A stretch of 63,900 bases of DNA, filler included, from Dicyema japonicum (taxonomy: Eukaryota > Animalia > Dicyemida), in assembly GCA_011109175.1 (NCBI GenBank). It is 5 parts of 5 records of this genome, joined end to end, with 100 filler letters (N's around TTAATTAATTAA, not from the genome) between each part and the next. Parts side by side here need not be neighbours in the genome. Positions count along the whole stretch, not along the records: positions 1 to 25,423 come from RDEW01000173.1; 4 more parts are not named here. One strand, 5' to 3'. Position 1 is the first letter of the stretch. Every line of letters begins with the position of its first letter. The translations under genes and the position numbers were made by a program. The notes beneath the pieces are model-generated. The model saw nothing but the letters and a program-made list of their open reading frames with translations, did no database searches and was not told where the DNA came from. Below, in pieces: positions 1-11,599 of the stretch.

Positions 1-703
1 ATGTGCAGTATGACGAGATTCCTTTTTGCGGTTCTTATTTTTCTGACTTTACTTTTATATTAATTATTACTTGAATATTACGAAGTTTATTACATAATTA
101 ATTTCATAATTTTACAAACAATATATCATTATGATCAGTTAATCATGTAAAACATTTTCATCAAATATTGTTAAATACAGTTGTTATGACCGGAATCCAT
201 TATTGCCTGCAGGTTTTGAGCCCGAATGGGAATTAGCTTTCATGATCGCGAGTCTATTCTTCTGGAAAAGCCAATGTGTTATTCTTGGTTCACACTTTTG
301 TTAACAAAATGGTTATCATTAGTAAGGTTCATGAAATGTCTACTTATTTTCAGTATGTATATAAGTCCTTGTATAGTTATCATGGACATGGACTAAGTGA
401 TGATGATCTTGATGTTTAGATAAAGAATGTGTCTTATTCGCCTAGGATTCTAGTTCAAATCTTGTCGAGTTAAAAATACAAGAATCTCTTCGATAATCGG
501 ACCCTTTTTCTTTTTTGAGCAAATGGAGTTCAAATCTCAATTTAAATTTCTGTCATTTAGAAAAACATTTTTGGTTATTCCAACATATTTCTCTTGCATT
601 TAGAAATGGGAAAATCATGAGGTAAAGGCTGTATTTTTCTAACATATTAAAGCTACTATCAAGAGTGCAAGATATTTTAGGGTAACTCCATGCTTGGATA
701 AAA
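1..703. repeat. Left arm of a long inverted repeat (partner 16136-16838); probably continues beyond the window start
   Basis: 1-60 (atgtgcagtatgacgagattcc...) is the reverse complement of the sequence ending at 16838; homology is traceable to ...gcttggataaaa at ~703. Confidence 0.95.
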
Positions 704-1282
704 ATTAGTTCAGATATTTTCAAAGTTCATTCCCATTCGATGTTTTTATTATTCCCTGGACTCTTATGGCTACTTATTAGTTATGTACTTATAGGCTATG
801 TCTTCTGCAATCGGGGGTGATCTTGGTGGAACTTGTAGTAGTCGTCACCTATCAATAGCAATGTATCCTTTGGGTAAAGAATTAGGATACGGATTATTAA
901 AATTATCGGGGATCACATATGCGGTGGAGGCAGGAATTCCATAGAGCTGAGGAGTTGGATTTCCGGTTCACCACAAGAATGGTGCGTTTTATTTTTCGTA
1001 ATTATGTAGGCAACCTATTTTGCAAATAGAAGAAAATAATCTTATAAGATGCACAAATAGTAGCTTTATTTTTTTAAACATTGGCAGTGACAAAATTTTA
1101 TGGGTCATATTTTTAGCGTTTAACAAGAGATTGAACGGGGTAGCATAGTTTTTGAAAACATTGGCAGTGACAAAATTAGCGTTAAACAGGAGATTATTAT
1201 TTAAGCCAAAGAAACACCGTCTAACCACTAACTAATATTCAGGGGATCCCGGGCCATTTTTTCTCGATGCTCTGACCGTGAC

Positions 1283-1572
1283 CCCATACATTTTCTATAC
1301 GGACGGGGGTCTTTTCCCCCTCCTCTTCTGAAAATTCCTCCAGTTGCCTCTATGATAGACTCGAGTTTTCTGGGGGCAATTTCTTTATCTGTATATTTTT
1401 CCAGTAATTTTTGTACAATTCGTGAGACCCATACATTTTCTATACGGACGGGGGTCTTTTCCCCCTCCTCTTCTGAAAATTCCTCCAGTTGCCTCTATGA
1501 TAGACTCGAGTTTTCTGGGGGCAATTTCTTTATCTGTATATTTTTCCAGTAATTTTTGTACAATTCGTGAGA
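1283..1572. repeat. Perfect 145-bp tandem duplication
   Basis: tatacggacggggg at 1296 and 1441; cgtgaga at 1421 and 1566. Confidence 0.9.
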
Positions 1573-2534
1573 TTGAACAGCTTCATTTCTCGACGTAGAG
1601 AAATTAAGTTACACTGGTTTATATAATATTAAAACATTGATGCTATTAAAAAAATTCTGATTAAAAATGCTACATCAATTACCTTATCTGTCACATACTC
1701 AGCATAGCAAGCTTACTTATTTACTAAGCATTATCAATACAAAATACCTCCTAGACGTGAATGAGATGTAAGAAACTTTTGAAAATTATTGGAATAATAA
1801 TTAAAATGTGTTTTATTGGCTTTTTAAGTGATAGAAGTGACTTGTGATGTATAATACTAGTTGATCATATCAGCATCACATAAAAACTCATTTATATTTG
1901 TTAATTGATTTAAAAAAATTATTATAGGGTTTTCCGACCAATACCGTTACTAATTTAATTTTTGTCGTTCTTACCATTTTTAATATTTTGTTCATTGCTT
2001 GTGACCAATTAACTGTAAGATAACTATTTTTCGATCGTTCTAATAATATTACAGTCGCAAAATGGTAATATACAACTTAGGTATGTAAGATAAATTGTCA
2101 AAATTGAAGTCCATCATCATAGAAAATAATAGTAGCGTGTCTGTTAAAACTAATTTTTATTTACTGTACTCGACTTATTGATAATTTTTGAAAATTGAAA
2201 TTTTCGTCAAAAAAGTAATAAATATACTGTAAAACAGCAATAAAAAAGCATTCAAAAATAAATATTCATCCATTGTGAATTTAAATAGAAAAATTCATTT
2301 GTGACAAATGAGAGCCTTCTAAATTATAGGCAAGATCGTAAATGCCAACTCTATAATAATCAGTCACAATAAAGTATATTTCTAAAACTAAAGTTTCGAG
2401 ATTAAATGTTAAGATTTAAAAATAAATTATATCAATAAATTATTAAAAAAATATTTATTTAATTTTATTAATTCATCCTTCGTGGTTATTTAAAATAAAT
2501 AAATCCTTCGTGGTTGTATTGAATATTAATTATT

Positions 2535-2720
2535 GACGTCATTGGATCCTCCTTACTAAGGAAACGTCCAATGCTTGGCAGACATTCAAAAGGATCCAAC
2601 TATTCTTTCCACCGGGGGACAATCTGGCTACCTGGAGACAAGTTCTGGAATTGCTGGAACGCGTCAGGATCAAGGAGTTTGTTAGATTGGTTTTACCCTT
2701 GGGCTTAAGAATAATTTTAT
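2535..2720 (+). mobile_element. Dispersed repeat, probable 3' end of a LINE (copies at ~9560-9710, 20295-20520, 21061-21190)
   Basis: Shared ctggaacgcgtcaggat...gttag.ttggttttacc followed by an AT/A-rich tail; reads LERVRI..xVRLVLP in two copies. Confidence 0.6.
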
Positions 2721-3500
2721 ATATTTATAAGGGATTTTTCTTTACCATTCTAAAGCGACGTTTTTTCTTACAATTCGCAAGCGATCTTTATCGTTGGGAC
2801 ATAAGTAATAACATTTTATTATTTTTAGACACATGTATTGTGGTGATATATTCAAGGAAANNNNNNNNNNNNNNNNNNNNNNNNNNNNNNNNNNNNNNNN
2901 NNNNNNNNNNNNNNNNNNNNNNNNNNNNNNNNNNNNNNNNNNNNNNNNNNNNNNNNNNNNNNNNNNNNNNNNNNNNNNNNNNNNNNNNNNNNNNNNNNNN
3001 NNNNNNNNNNNNNNNNNNNNNNNNNNNNNNNNNNNNNNNNNNNNNNNNNNNNNNNNNNNNNNNNNNNNNNNNNNNNNNNNNNNNNNNNNNNNNNNNNNNN
3101 NNNNNNNNNNNNNNNNNNNNNNNNNNNNNNNNNNNNNNNNNNNNNNNNNNNNNNNNNNNNNNNNNNNNNNNNNNNNNNNNNNNNNNNNNNNNNNNNNNNN
3201 NNNNNNNNNNNNNNNNNNNNNNNNNNNNNNNNNNNNNNNNNNNNNNNNNNNNNNNNNNNNNNNNNNNNNNNNNNNNNNNNNNNNNNNNNNNNNNNNNNNN
3301 NNNNNNNNNNNNNNNNNNNNNNNNNNNNNNNNNNNNNNNNNNNNNNNNNNNNNNNNNNNNNNNNNNNNNNNNNNNNNNNNNNNNNNNNNNNNNNNNNNNN
3401 NNNNNNNNNNNNNNNNNNNNNNNNNNNNNAAAATATTTGTAAAGGTAATTATTAAATAATAATAAAAGACAGTATGCTGATAGAGATAAGTGGTTTATAG

Positions 3501-4094
3501 CAGGATGTCAAACGCGTGGTCAGCTGCTCGCACAAAAAATGTTATATCGTCGACGAAATTAGGCAGGTCTGTGTCATTAAAATGAGACCACCATAGAAAA
3601 GCATTGGATTTCTGTCAATGTCGTCAAATTGACGGTTATAATTAGTTAGAAGACGTTCATACGCTAAACACTCGCGCTTATACCGAACGTTCCCATAACA
3701 ACGACAATGTCCTACATGTGCGTGCTTCCCTTGTTTGGCCGAGCTTACGTTCATATGATACACGTAGCTAATGTCTATAACACGATACTAAATTGTTTCA
3801 TTTATAGGTGAGACTTGCAATTTTAAAACAATTCAGTCAGATATACGAAAAATTGTAATGAAAAAGAGGCACTAACTTCATATCAAAATAAAGATTATAG
3901 AGTTAAATGATAATTAAAAAAAGGTTTGATTATATTTGGCGTAGTTGAAGGTTAGCGAAATATAATCGTTGTATTAGGATTGCAATTAGTAAACTTCAGT
4001 AGAATATGGTGTTTTGCAGATTTGCTAGTGTGACCCGTTTATTTACTCAAATTATCATATGCGGCCCCTGGAACTTTTAGATTTGACATGCTTG
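3501..4094. mobile_element. Non-autonomous hAT (Charlie-type) MITE
   Basis: TIR caggatgtcaaac / tttgacatgcttg; 8-bp TSD gtttatag (3493-3500) and gtttatac (4095-4102). Confidence 0.8.
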
Positions 4095-4102
4095 GTTTAT
4101 AC

Positions 4103-5800
4103 AACCTAGACAACCAATTTGTTTGGATATTCCTCAATAGAGATGATTCTTATTTATTGGAATAGTTCCGATTTTCGTCATAAACTCCTATTTTTACAAA
4201 TTTAACTTCTCTGTGGAAGAAAGATAGTGGAATTCGTTTCGTTAGAGTTAACAACGTTTTCCAGTGACATTCAGGAAAGCTTGTTTTACGATCAGTTATT
4301 GTTAACATTGGCGCCCATCACAGCTAGTCGTGGAAATCAAAGTCGGACACAAAGTGGGGCCTAAACTGTCAGAGATTTCGTACGAGTGTCATTTGAAGCT
4401 GAAGAGAACGTCCTTTTCAAATTGGATTTGAGCATCACATTTAACTCAATTTTAAGAGAGATCATGTAAGAAGTTTGCTTGAAAATAATACCTAAAATTT
4501 ATCCATTTGTCCACCTCTCATATTGCACTCTCCTCGTTTTTTACCTTCCGAGACATGATTACCTTTTTTTCTTCTTACATTTATACTCACCTCAATTTTT
4601 GATACCAAGATGAGTGCATTCTTGGAGTGAGCCATAAAAATGTCTTTTCAAAAATAATCATGATTTCCAAGAATTGTCTTACGATTGAAGTTACACAAAG
4701 ATATGGTTAAAATAAGCGTGTGTGCTGAGTCTTTTTAACTTCTTCAGAGAATAAATATATGATATTATTGCAGATATTCGAATTGAAGACCTTCGATTTC
4801 TGTAATGACGAAAAATCGATTAGGGGAACGGTTCGGTGACAAATAAACGCTTCTACGCAAGCTTGTCAACATATTGAGCTTTCTAGATAGCAGCATTGGT
4901 CTTTTATAGTCAAAAATTGCCTCCTGCTTTCCCAAACCTTTTTCAACCTCCAAAGTTACCCCTGCTATGACGAAGATCTATTTCTCCATGACGATGAAAT
5001 TAGGTCAACCGTTAAAAAAATATGTATTTTTATGATTAAGGATGGCTTCAAGGAACTCTCCTTGTTGGTTTTTGTGGATAAAATCCTTAACTTTTATTCT
5101 AGACTTAACGTATATCTGTCACTATTAAGAACTATGGTTAAAGGGACTTATCTCTTAAAGCACTAATAATAAACCGCTCTTAAAATGTGTTTTTTGAGAA
5201 CACTAAGGATGCAAAAAGATTTGCCAACCTCAGAACAGTTGGCTGTCTTTCAACGGGTGTTTGGTTGAATGTTTATGCTGAAATTGTCATCCTCTAGATG
5301 ACGAAGCTGTGAGACTAGCCCTTTAGCTCCGTATTGGCTTTAAAGTGTGTGCTGAACGAAACTATCACTGAGGACATGGATAGATCTTTATAGCTTTCAT
5401 CCACTGTTATTAAAGATAAATGAGGACAGTTTCCAAGGCATGCCTGTCTCAACATGACATTAAAAATGCACTTTCCTATGATGACCTTTTGGTTTTTTAT
5501 GCAGAAATGGCATTGCAAAACGGAATGACCAGCTTCTTATTTCCTAATGGTCGAAACCTGGTTTTGGACGCTGCACGTGTTGATGTAGTCGTCGAAAAAT
5601 ATGGCAGCTTCAGCCTCAGACCATGCATCCACACAAGCCAAAAATCAGAAGATAAAGAAATACCGAAGCACTTCAGAGGATTTGTTTGTCCTTTTATTGT
5701 TGAAGTGTCATATCAGTGGGACACAAGCATACGGCTTAATCCGTCGGATCTGTTCAATAATCCAAAAGGTCATCAAAAGTGAGACTGGAAGCTAAAGAGA
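4103..5800 (+). mobile_element. Highly decayed CRE-like RLE non-LTR retrotransposon
   Basis: Relic peptides TNLTSLWKKDSGIR, KLDLSITFNSI, STGVWLN, GQFPRHACLN and GMTSFLFPNGRNLVLDA are colinear with the element at 56548-59615. Confidence 0.75.
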
Positions 5801-6052
5801 GCGTACATTGATAGCTAATGCGAGAGTAAATAGACCATTAATTTAATAATTAAATAAGAATAATATCCAACGTAAAGCAATGATAACAAAGTAACTATAA
5901 ATCGGTTATAAGATGATTAAAACTTTCATCTTCAATGTTTTTATAAAGTAATCAGTAATATATTTTAATAAATTTTTGATTACAGGAATAAATACTTCTT
6001 CAATGAGAACTTTATTATCACTATGATATATAATAAATATATACAAGTTTAA

Positions 6053-6376
6053 TAATAATAAAGCTTTTTCACGAGAGCCATAGTATTTATAGCTCCGCAC
6101 AGGCAGGACACACACTTTATTTAAGTTAAGAACAGTTAAATTTTAACTAATCGTAGAACCAAGGAATGATCTTCACTTCTTTTTTTCTTTTTCTTCTGTA
6201 AGTGTCCTTTCTAGAAAATCCAGTTCGCAGTGAGTATCCACTGATGACGGCGTCACTCGTCGAACCCTTTCTGCATCGTAGATGCGTGGAACCTTCCACC
6301 AGGTGAACAGCAGCGAGATTTGAACCCGTAACCTAAGTTACTTAACCCTGACACCTAACCACTATGCCACCCGGTT
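6053..6376 (-). mobile_element. tRNA-derived SINE (family copy 1)
   Basis: A box tggcatagtgg, B box ggttcaaatc, conserved hairpin body and 3' tail shared with 12521-12765, 44306-44619 and 61101-61342; (TTA)n tail. Confidence 0.85.
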
Positions 6377-6457
6377 GCCGTTATGGCCGAGCAATTTAGG
6401 CGGTGCACTTATGATGCACTGGGTTATGCCCCGTGGGTTTGAATTCCACTACCGGTA
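6377..6457 (+). tRNA. tRNA-like gene, probably a pseudogene: class II (Leu-type) body with anticodon TAT
   Basis: Cloverleaf: acceptor GCCGTTA/TACCGGT+A, D stem GCC/GGC, anticodon stem GTGCA/TGCAC around CTTATGA, long variable arm TGGGTTATGCCCC, T arm GTGGG-TTTGAAT-TCCAC. The D-loop GG and T-loop TTC are mutated. Confidence 0.8.
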
Positions 6458-7145
6458 CTTTAATATACAAGCTTAAATCTGCAAATATTGGGAAAAAACA
6501 TGATAATGCAGAAATATTTATACTATTTTCATTTTTGAGGTCATAATAATAATTAAAAAAACGTAAAACAATATCTGCAGTTTGAATTTGTCCATTAACC
6601 ATTAGTTTCATCAATCTAATAGGGATAATCTCCTTCATTTCATCATTCTATTCTCAATAGAATGTTAAACCTCATCCTCAGAATCCCATATCCTATTATA
6701 TAATGATATTATGCTTTTGGGAGAAAATGCCAGATTGGATGAATCAACATCCTTCTCTTTTGGAGAAATCCTCACATCGAGGACATCAAATCCATATGTT
6801 AAAATAGAAATGATAGCCCACGTGCGCACTTCATCAACGTCAATTTGTGCAGCCTTAATAAACAAATATGAATTGTTTTCGACTATCCTACGAGAATTAA
6901 GACAACAAAAGGTAAGAGACTTTATAGCCATTGCCCTTACTTTTACATCTGAATTTTGGAAAGAAGGCAAAAACTGAAATTACATAATAAATAAACCAAA
7001 TTATCGATAAGTGAGAGTACGGTAGACATGGGAATGTGTATTTTTTAGCATTTGTCATCAATTGTATAAATATTCAGAGAACGTCTTAAAACAGCTATTG
7101 GTTTAATTTCAATAGTCTTTATAACATGACAAAATTTCCACTTCA

Positions 7146-7450
7146 CCTTGCTATGGAGATTTCCGGATCCTACTCCCCCTCTACACTCGAGTTTTTCGGA
7201 CGTCTTGGAAACCGGATCACCTCATGCACTGGAGATCTCCGCGAACGCCGCTGGCTATTTGAGCGAATTTCGCTCGCAATTTTGAGAGGGAACAGCCACG
7301 CGGTGACCTCATGCACTGGAGATCTCCGCGAACGCCGCTGGCTATTTGAGCGAATTTCGCTCGCAATTTTGAGAGGGAACAGCCACGCGGTGAGGGCGGC
7401 AACTACCTGACTTCTATTGTTTAAATTTATTAATAAAAATATTAAAAAAA
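7146..7450 (+). mobile_element. 3' fragment of a CRE-like LINE with an internal ~90-bp tandem duplication, inserted in the CAP-G gene
   Basis: LAMEISGSYSP..LEFFGRLGNRI...GDLRERRWLFERISLAILRGN (twice), stop codon, A-rich tail. Confidence 0.85.
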
Positions 7451-9429
7451 TTGGATTCATAATCTTCTCAATGTCCTTGATCTTATCCTCTACTTGGATC
7501 AGTTTTTTGTTCGTTTCTACGGCATCTTTAAAATCCCTATTTTTGTGAAAATCCCACATTTCGTCTGACATCTGAAATCTCTCCACATTTATTTGAGTTA
7601 ACTGTAAAGTTTAGATATAGAAATACAGACAATTTTAGTTCATCCATTTCCTCAAGTCCAAGATTTGCAGATTGACACATGTCGTAATCATTCAAGTATC
7701 GTGAACCCCTAATATCTGCAATAACGTTAATGATTGCATTTTCTCGTTCACGTTCATTTCCATAAGATACCATGCAGTAAACTTATACTATTTGATTCAA
7801 TGAATGATCAATCTTTGTGTCCACCATTAGTTCAAGTAACATGTTTACAACACCTCGACTATATTAAATAAAATTAAAATAACCGCCAAATATCATCAGT
7901 TAAATCAATAAAGGTAAAAATAGTGATAAGTCGACTTTGAATAAATTCTCATAGTGAGAATTTGTTCCAATGGAGCATCTTCCCATGAATTAACAATCCT
8001 AAAACATAATATAAATATTATAACTCTCTAATATAGCTGATATAATCTAACACGTTAGGTAGTACAATCTCCAAATAGTGATAACAATCACTTTTTGACA
8101 AAAAATCAACTAATATCTGCCAATAAGCAGCTATTTCTGCATTAAGGATAGTATAATCCACTAATCGACTAAAATAATATATAAGAAACTGTTCATTATC
8201 AATTAAATTGATAAATCCATTATCAATAAAATCGTACGTTTTTTGTCTTAAAATACATTTAATGGCCTTCCTTATCAACAACATCCATATCACTTTCTAC
8301 ATCTAAATGTTCAACAGATTAATAACATCTCCTCCACAAAAAACAAGCCATCCATCCACTAACATCTTGCTTCCACACATGTCCCTAACAGACTCTTCAT
8401 TAAATAATAAAAATAAAACCAGAGCTATCGTTCAATCCATATTTTAATAAATCAAGTCTCTGTTGAATAGAGAACATTCCCATTTCACAACAAGATCCAA
8501 TCAAGTTAAATGCTGATTTTCTGACTACATCACATACATCTAGAGTTCTATCCACCAATGCTAAGATTGTGGTAGGGCAAATAGACATTGATTCTAACGC
8601 TGTCAGTCTAACTTTGCTATTGGGGTCAAGTTGCACGGCAAACAAATAAGCTTGAGATTAAAACTTACAATACCGTCAATTATAGTACAATTTGGGTTAC
8701 TGGGATCTTGTAAACGGTTAAGAGATCTGGCAGCCTCAATTCTAACCTGTGGTTTTGCGTCCATTAAACGTTTTAGCAAGGCAGAAGTAATTAGAGATAA
8801 TAATTCATCATCAAGTTCCATCTCATCAGAAAATAATTTGTTAAAAAATTGACAGCAATGAAGCCGAATTTTCAATTTACTATCTCCCGCAATGCTTTAA
8901 TAAACTTAATTATAACCTCGAGTCAAATGTTTAGTATGTGGGTAAGCAGGCGATTTTGGATCAAAACTTTTGACTTCTTTTGGGGCTCTTTGATTGAGAG
9001 ACAAAAAGTAGAACAGAGGTCAATAGTTTTTTGAGCTGGAAGTGATTGATGGGGAGCAAGTAAAATGTGGTAGAGTATGTTGTCAAATAATAATACGAAT
9101 TCGTCATACATCATCTAACATTATCTAACTTTTTACTTTTCTGTGCATTTCGAGCAATTTTTTGATAAATCAAAAATTGATTCAGTTTCTGACTCGCAAT
9201 CGTCAAATATTTTGATAATTTCTTGATTCAATGTTTTAGTCATCTGGATATAGATAAAAGAACATACACAAAGTAAGTTTTTTATAAAGCGCTAATATGT
9301 TTAATTTGATAAAAACAATTTATTTATTAAGTAACTTTTAATAAATTAATAAACAATTATTACGTAACAAGACAATCAAAATAATCGAACAGATAGGATG
9401 GAATGGTTGTTTCCCTTGACAACTAGAAA

Positions 9430-9710
9430 ATCGAGGACGTTCAAAAAAATGCTTTTAGAATGACGGAGCGGTGGTCTTGTGGGAGACACAGAACCGGACC
9501 GACTACTCTGGAGGCCCTCATTAAACAAAACTACGGCATGCGGGAAGGTGGCCCTGCAAATACAGTCAGCCGCCCAATACGAGCTTGTGTGGGTACGAGG
9601 GAGGAGCTCCGGGAGAGAATGACGATTTTGGCGGGACGCATCGGGATCACGTGATAGTTAGTTTGGTTTTACCGTGGTCTTGGGTGTTAAATAAAATAAA
9701 AATAAATAAA
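9430..9710 (+). mobile_element. Divergent LINE 3' end (related to 2535-2720)
   Basis: Ends gatagttagtttggttttaccgtggtcttgggtgttaaataaaataaa. Confidence 0.45.
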
Positions 9711-9859
9711 TCCTTTGGAACAACCATTCGGTTTCATTACTCACTTTCGATATCATTGACCTAAGCGATCTTTTTCTATATTAAATGTTATAGACTTAGA
9801 ATTATTTCGTGAATAACTCGATCACGAATAGAAAATTAAGTTGTTGAAACCACGACCCA

Positions 9860-11010
9860 GGATCCGTTTGTTATGCAACAAACCTACTTTCTGCTTATGG
9901 ACGACCTAAAAATATCTTCTCGAGAAGAAATTATTTTATGATGAATGAGATTAATCTTTTCTTTTAAGTCGCTGGACATGAAAGAAATGTCGAAAAATCT
10001 GCTACTAGTGTGCTCACCCTGGATCTGAAGCTAACTTACTGAACCCTTAAAGCTTAGAGGATAGAAGAAGCAATGTATTGATAACGAAGTGTTGAAGGAA
10101 ACAATATCCAATACCCATTAAAGTGACCGGATGCTTTACAATTTTTCAAACTCCTGGAGAAGTCAAAGTATTTTTGAGGAAAGCAGAGATTCTATAAAAT
10201 CAATAAAAACACATTTGACCACAATTGTAGAATTCCTAAATCGAAGGTATAAAGAACCTGATGTAATTCATTTTGAGTTACTAAAAGAGCTCCAGGAGAA
10301 ATCTTTAATTTAACAAATACAAAGAAAGCAATTGCATAGAACTCTTTTCGACTGTTTGGATGATATCAACGTCGACGTCAGGGAATTATCTCAGTGGTCA
10401 CATAAGAAGAATTCTTTAAGATCTGAAGATTTGTTGTGTCTTAAACAATTTGTTATTCAACAATGCTGGAGAAAAGTGCAACAATTGTAACTCCGCCATG
10501 AAAAGTGTCAACCAATTGGCAATAAGGTGTGGTAGTATGTTAAACAGCGATTACCTGAGAAGACATAATGAGGTGGTTAAATGTATAAATCTGAATCTGT
10601 GTCGTCAATGTGGAATTAAGAAAACCACGAGACTCAAGACGCACTCTGTCTATTATTGCAAACAAATCTGAAGAGATTCGAGTAGATACAACAATGCCAT
10701 ATACACGAAGATGCAAACAAACCGGACATGTTTGTGTTCGATTAGATGAAGGATACAATATCGCTACTAGAATCGGGAATCACATCTCGACAATCGCTAA
10801 AGCATGTCGAAGTCTAGTATAATCTCTATCAAACGAACTCGGATTAATACACAAATAAAAAGTGTATATAGTACCAGTAGTTTTGACTTGGGTCGTCAAC
10901 AAATATTATAAACACCGTTTAGAAGTCTTAAAGCTAAAATTTCCTATGAAAGCCTATATACAGACTGTTACGATTAAAAGACATCAAAGAGTATTTTTAA
11001 TGGATACAGG
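9860..11010 (+). mobile_element. Decayed R4/NeSL-like RLE non-LTR retrotransposon (RT to endonuclease)
   Basis: LLMDDLK (RT), CNNC...QLAIRC zinc knuckle, YLRRHNEVVKCI, EIRVDT, PDMFVFD, NELGLIHK, VPVVLTW, AYIQ. Confidence 0.8.
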
Positions 11011-11599
11011 GATGAAGTGGGAATTATGTCGACAGTGAGGAGACTGAGTGGGCTAGCCTCAAAGGGCAAACGAATTGACACAGAGCACATTAATTCATTT
11101 TATCTAATTGACAATTATTGTTTTATTTATTATTTTATAATTATTTAAACTAAACATCCATCTATCCGAAGTCCTCTTATATAATTAAGTCTTCTAACTT
11201 GATTAAAGCTCATTGAACTCGTCCACCGAATTATCAGAAATGACAGCTTGTCGACTCGAGTGTGGCCTTTCAAATATTGGTAGGACAAAATTCATACAAT
11301 TTGAGTTTCATACAATTTGTAGTGGTAATAAATGTGTTTAATCATTTTGTAAATTCGACAATTTATTCCCAAGGGCTGATTCGTTGTCTGAGACAATAAT
11401 TTCAAAAATCTTCTTTATTATTATTTAGCCAAAAATTTACAATATAATTAACTAATTCAGTGGGAAAGCCATCATGTGATCCCAACGTCTCTCAGTTTAA
11501 CCCTAAACTTTTCATCTTCGGCCATTAAGGAAATTTCGTAGCCATTTTTTGTATATTAAGCAAATGGTTCTGAAATTAATACCACAGTTGACTCCATCA

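Larger units (their letters stand above)
5906..9243 (-). pseudogene. NCAPG: Condensin I subunit CAP-G (condensin complex subunit 3), intron-containing and disrupted
   Basis: HEAT-repeat motifs LLKRLMDAKPQVRIEAARSLNRLQDP, DPNSKVRLTAL, RTLDVCDVVRKSAF, QRLDLLKYGLNDSSE.VR, CFFPIFA...NKVLIEEVFIP. ATG at 9243; GT-AG introns of 22-26 nt (e.g. 9115-9136); in-frame TAA at 7783-7785; several frameshifts; LINE fragment inserted at ~7146-7450. Confidence 0.85.

Noticed and set aside
780-980. In-frame TGA codons suggesting a TGA=Trp code
   Set aside because: The relic also has frameshifts and TAG/TAA stops; intact genes use TGG and the standard code
2651-3459. Long ORFs in the supplied track (also 21422-22510 and 32125-32568)
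   Set aside because: They are open only because they cross N gaps
5420-5782. 120-aa ORF as a novel or viral gene
   Set aside because: It is the decayed RLE domain of a CRE-like LINE
6241-6270. CTGATGA hammerhead-like core in the SINE antisense strand
   Set aside because: No GAAA after a closed stem II, and the downstream bases are not conserved between copies
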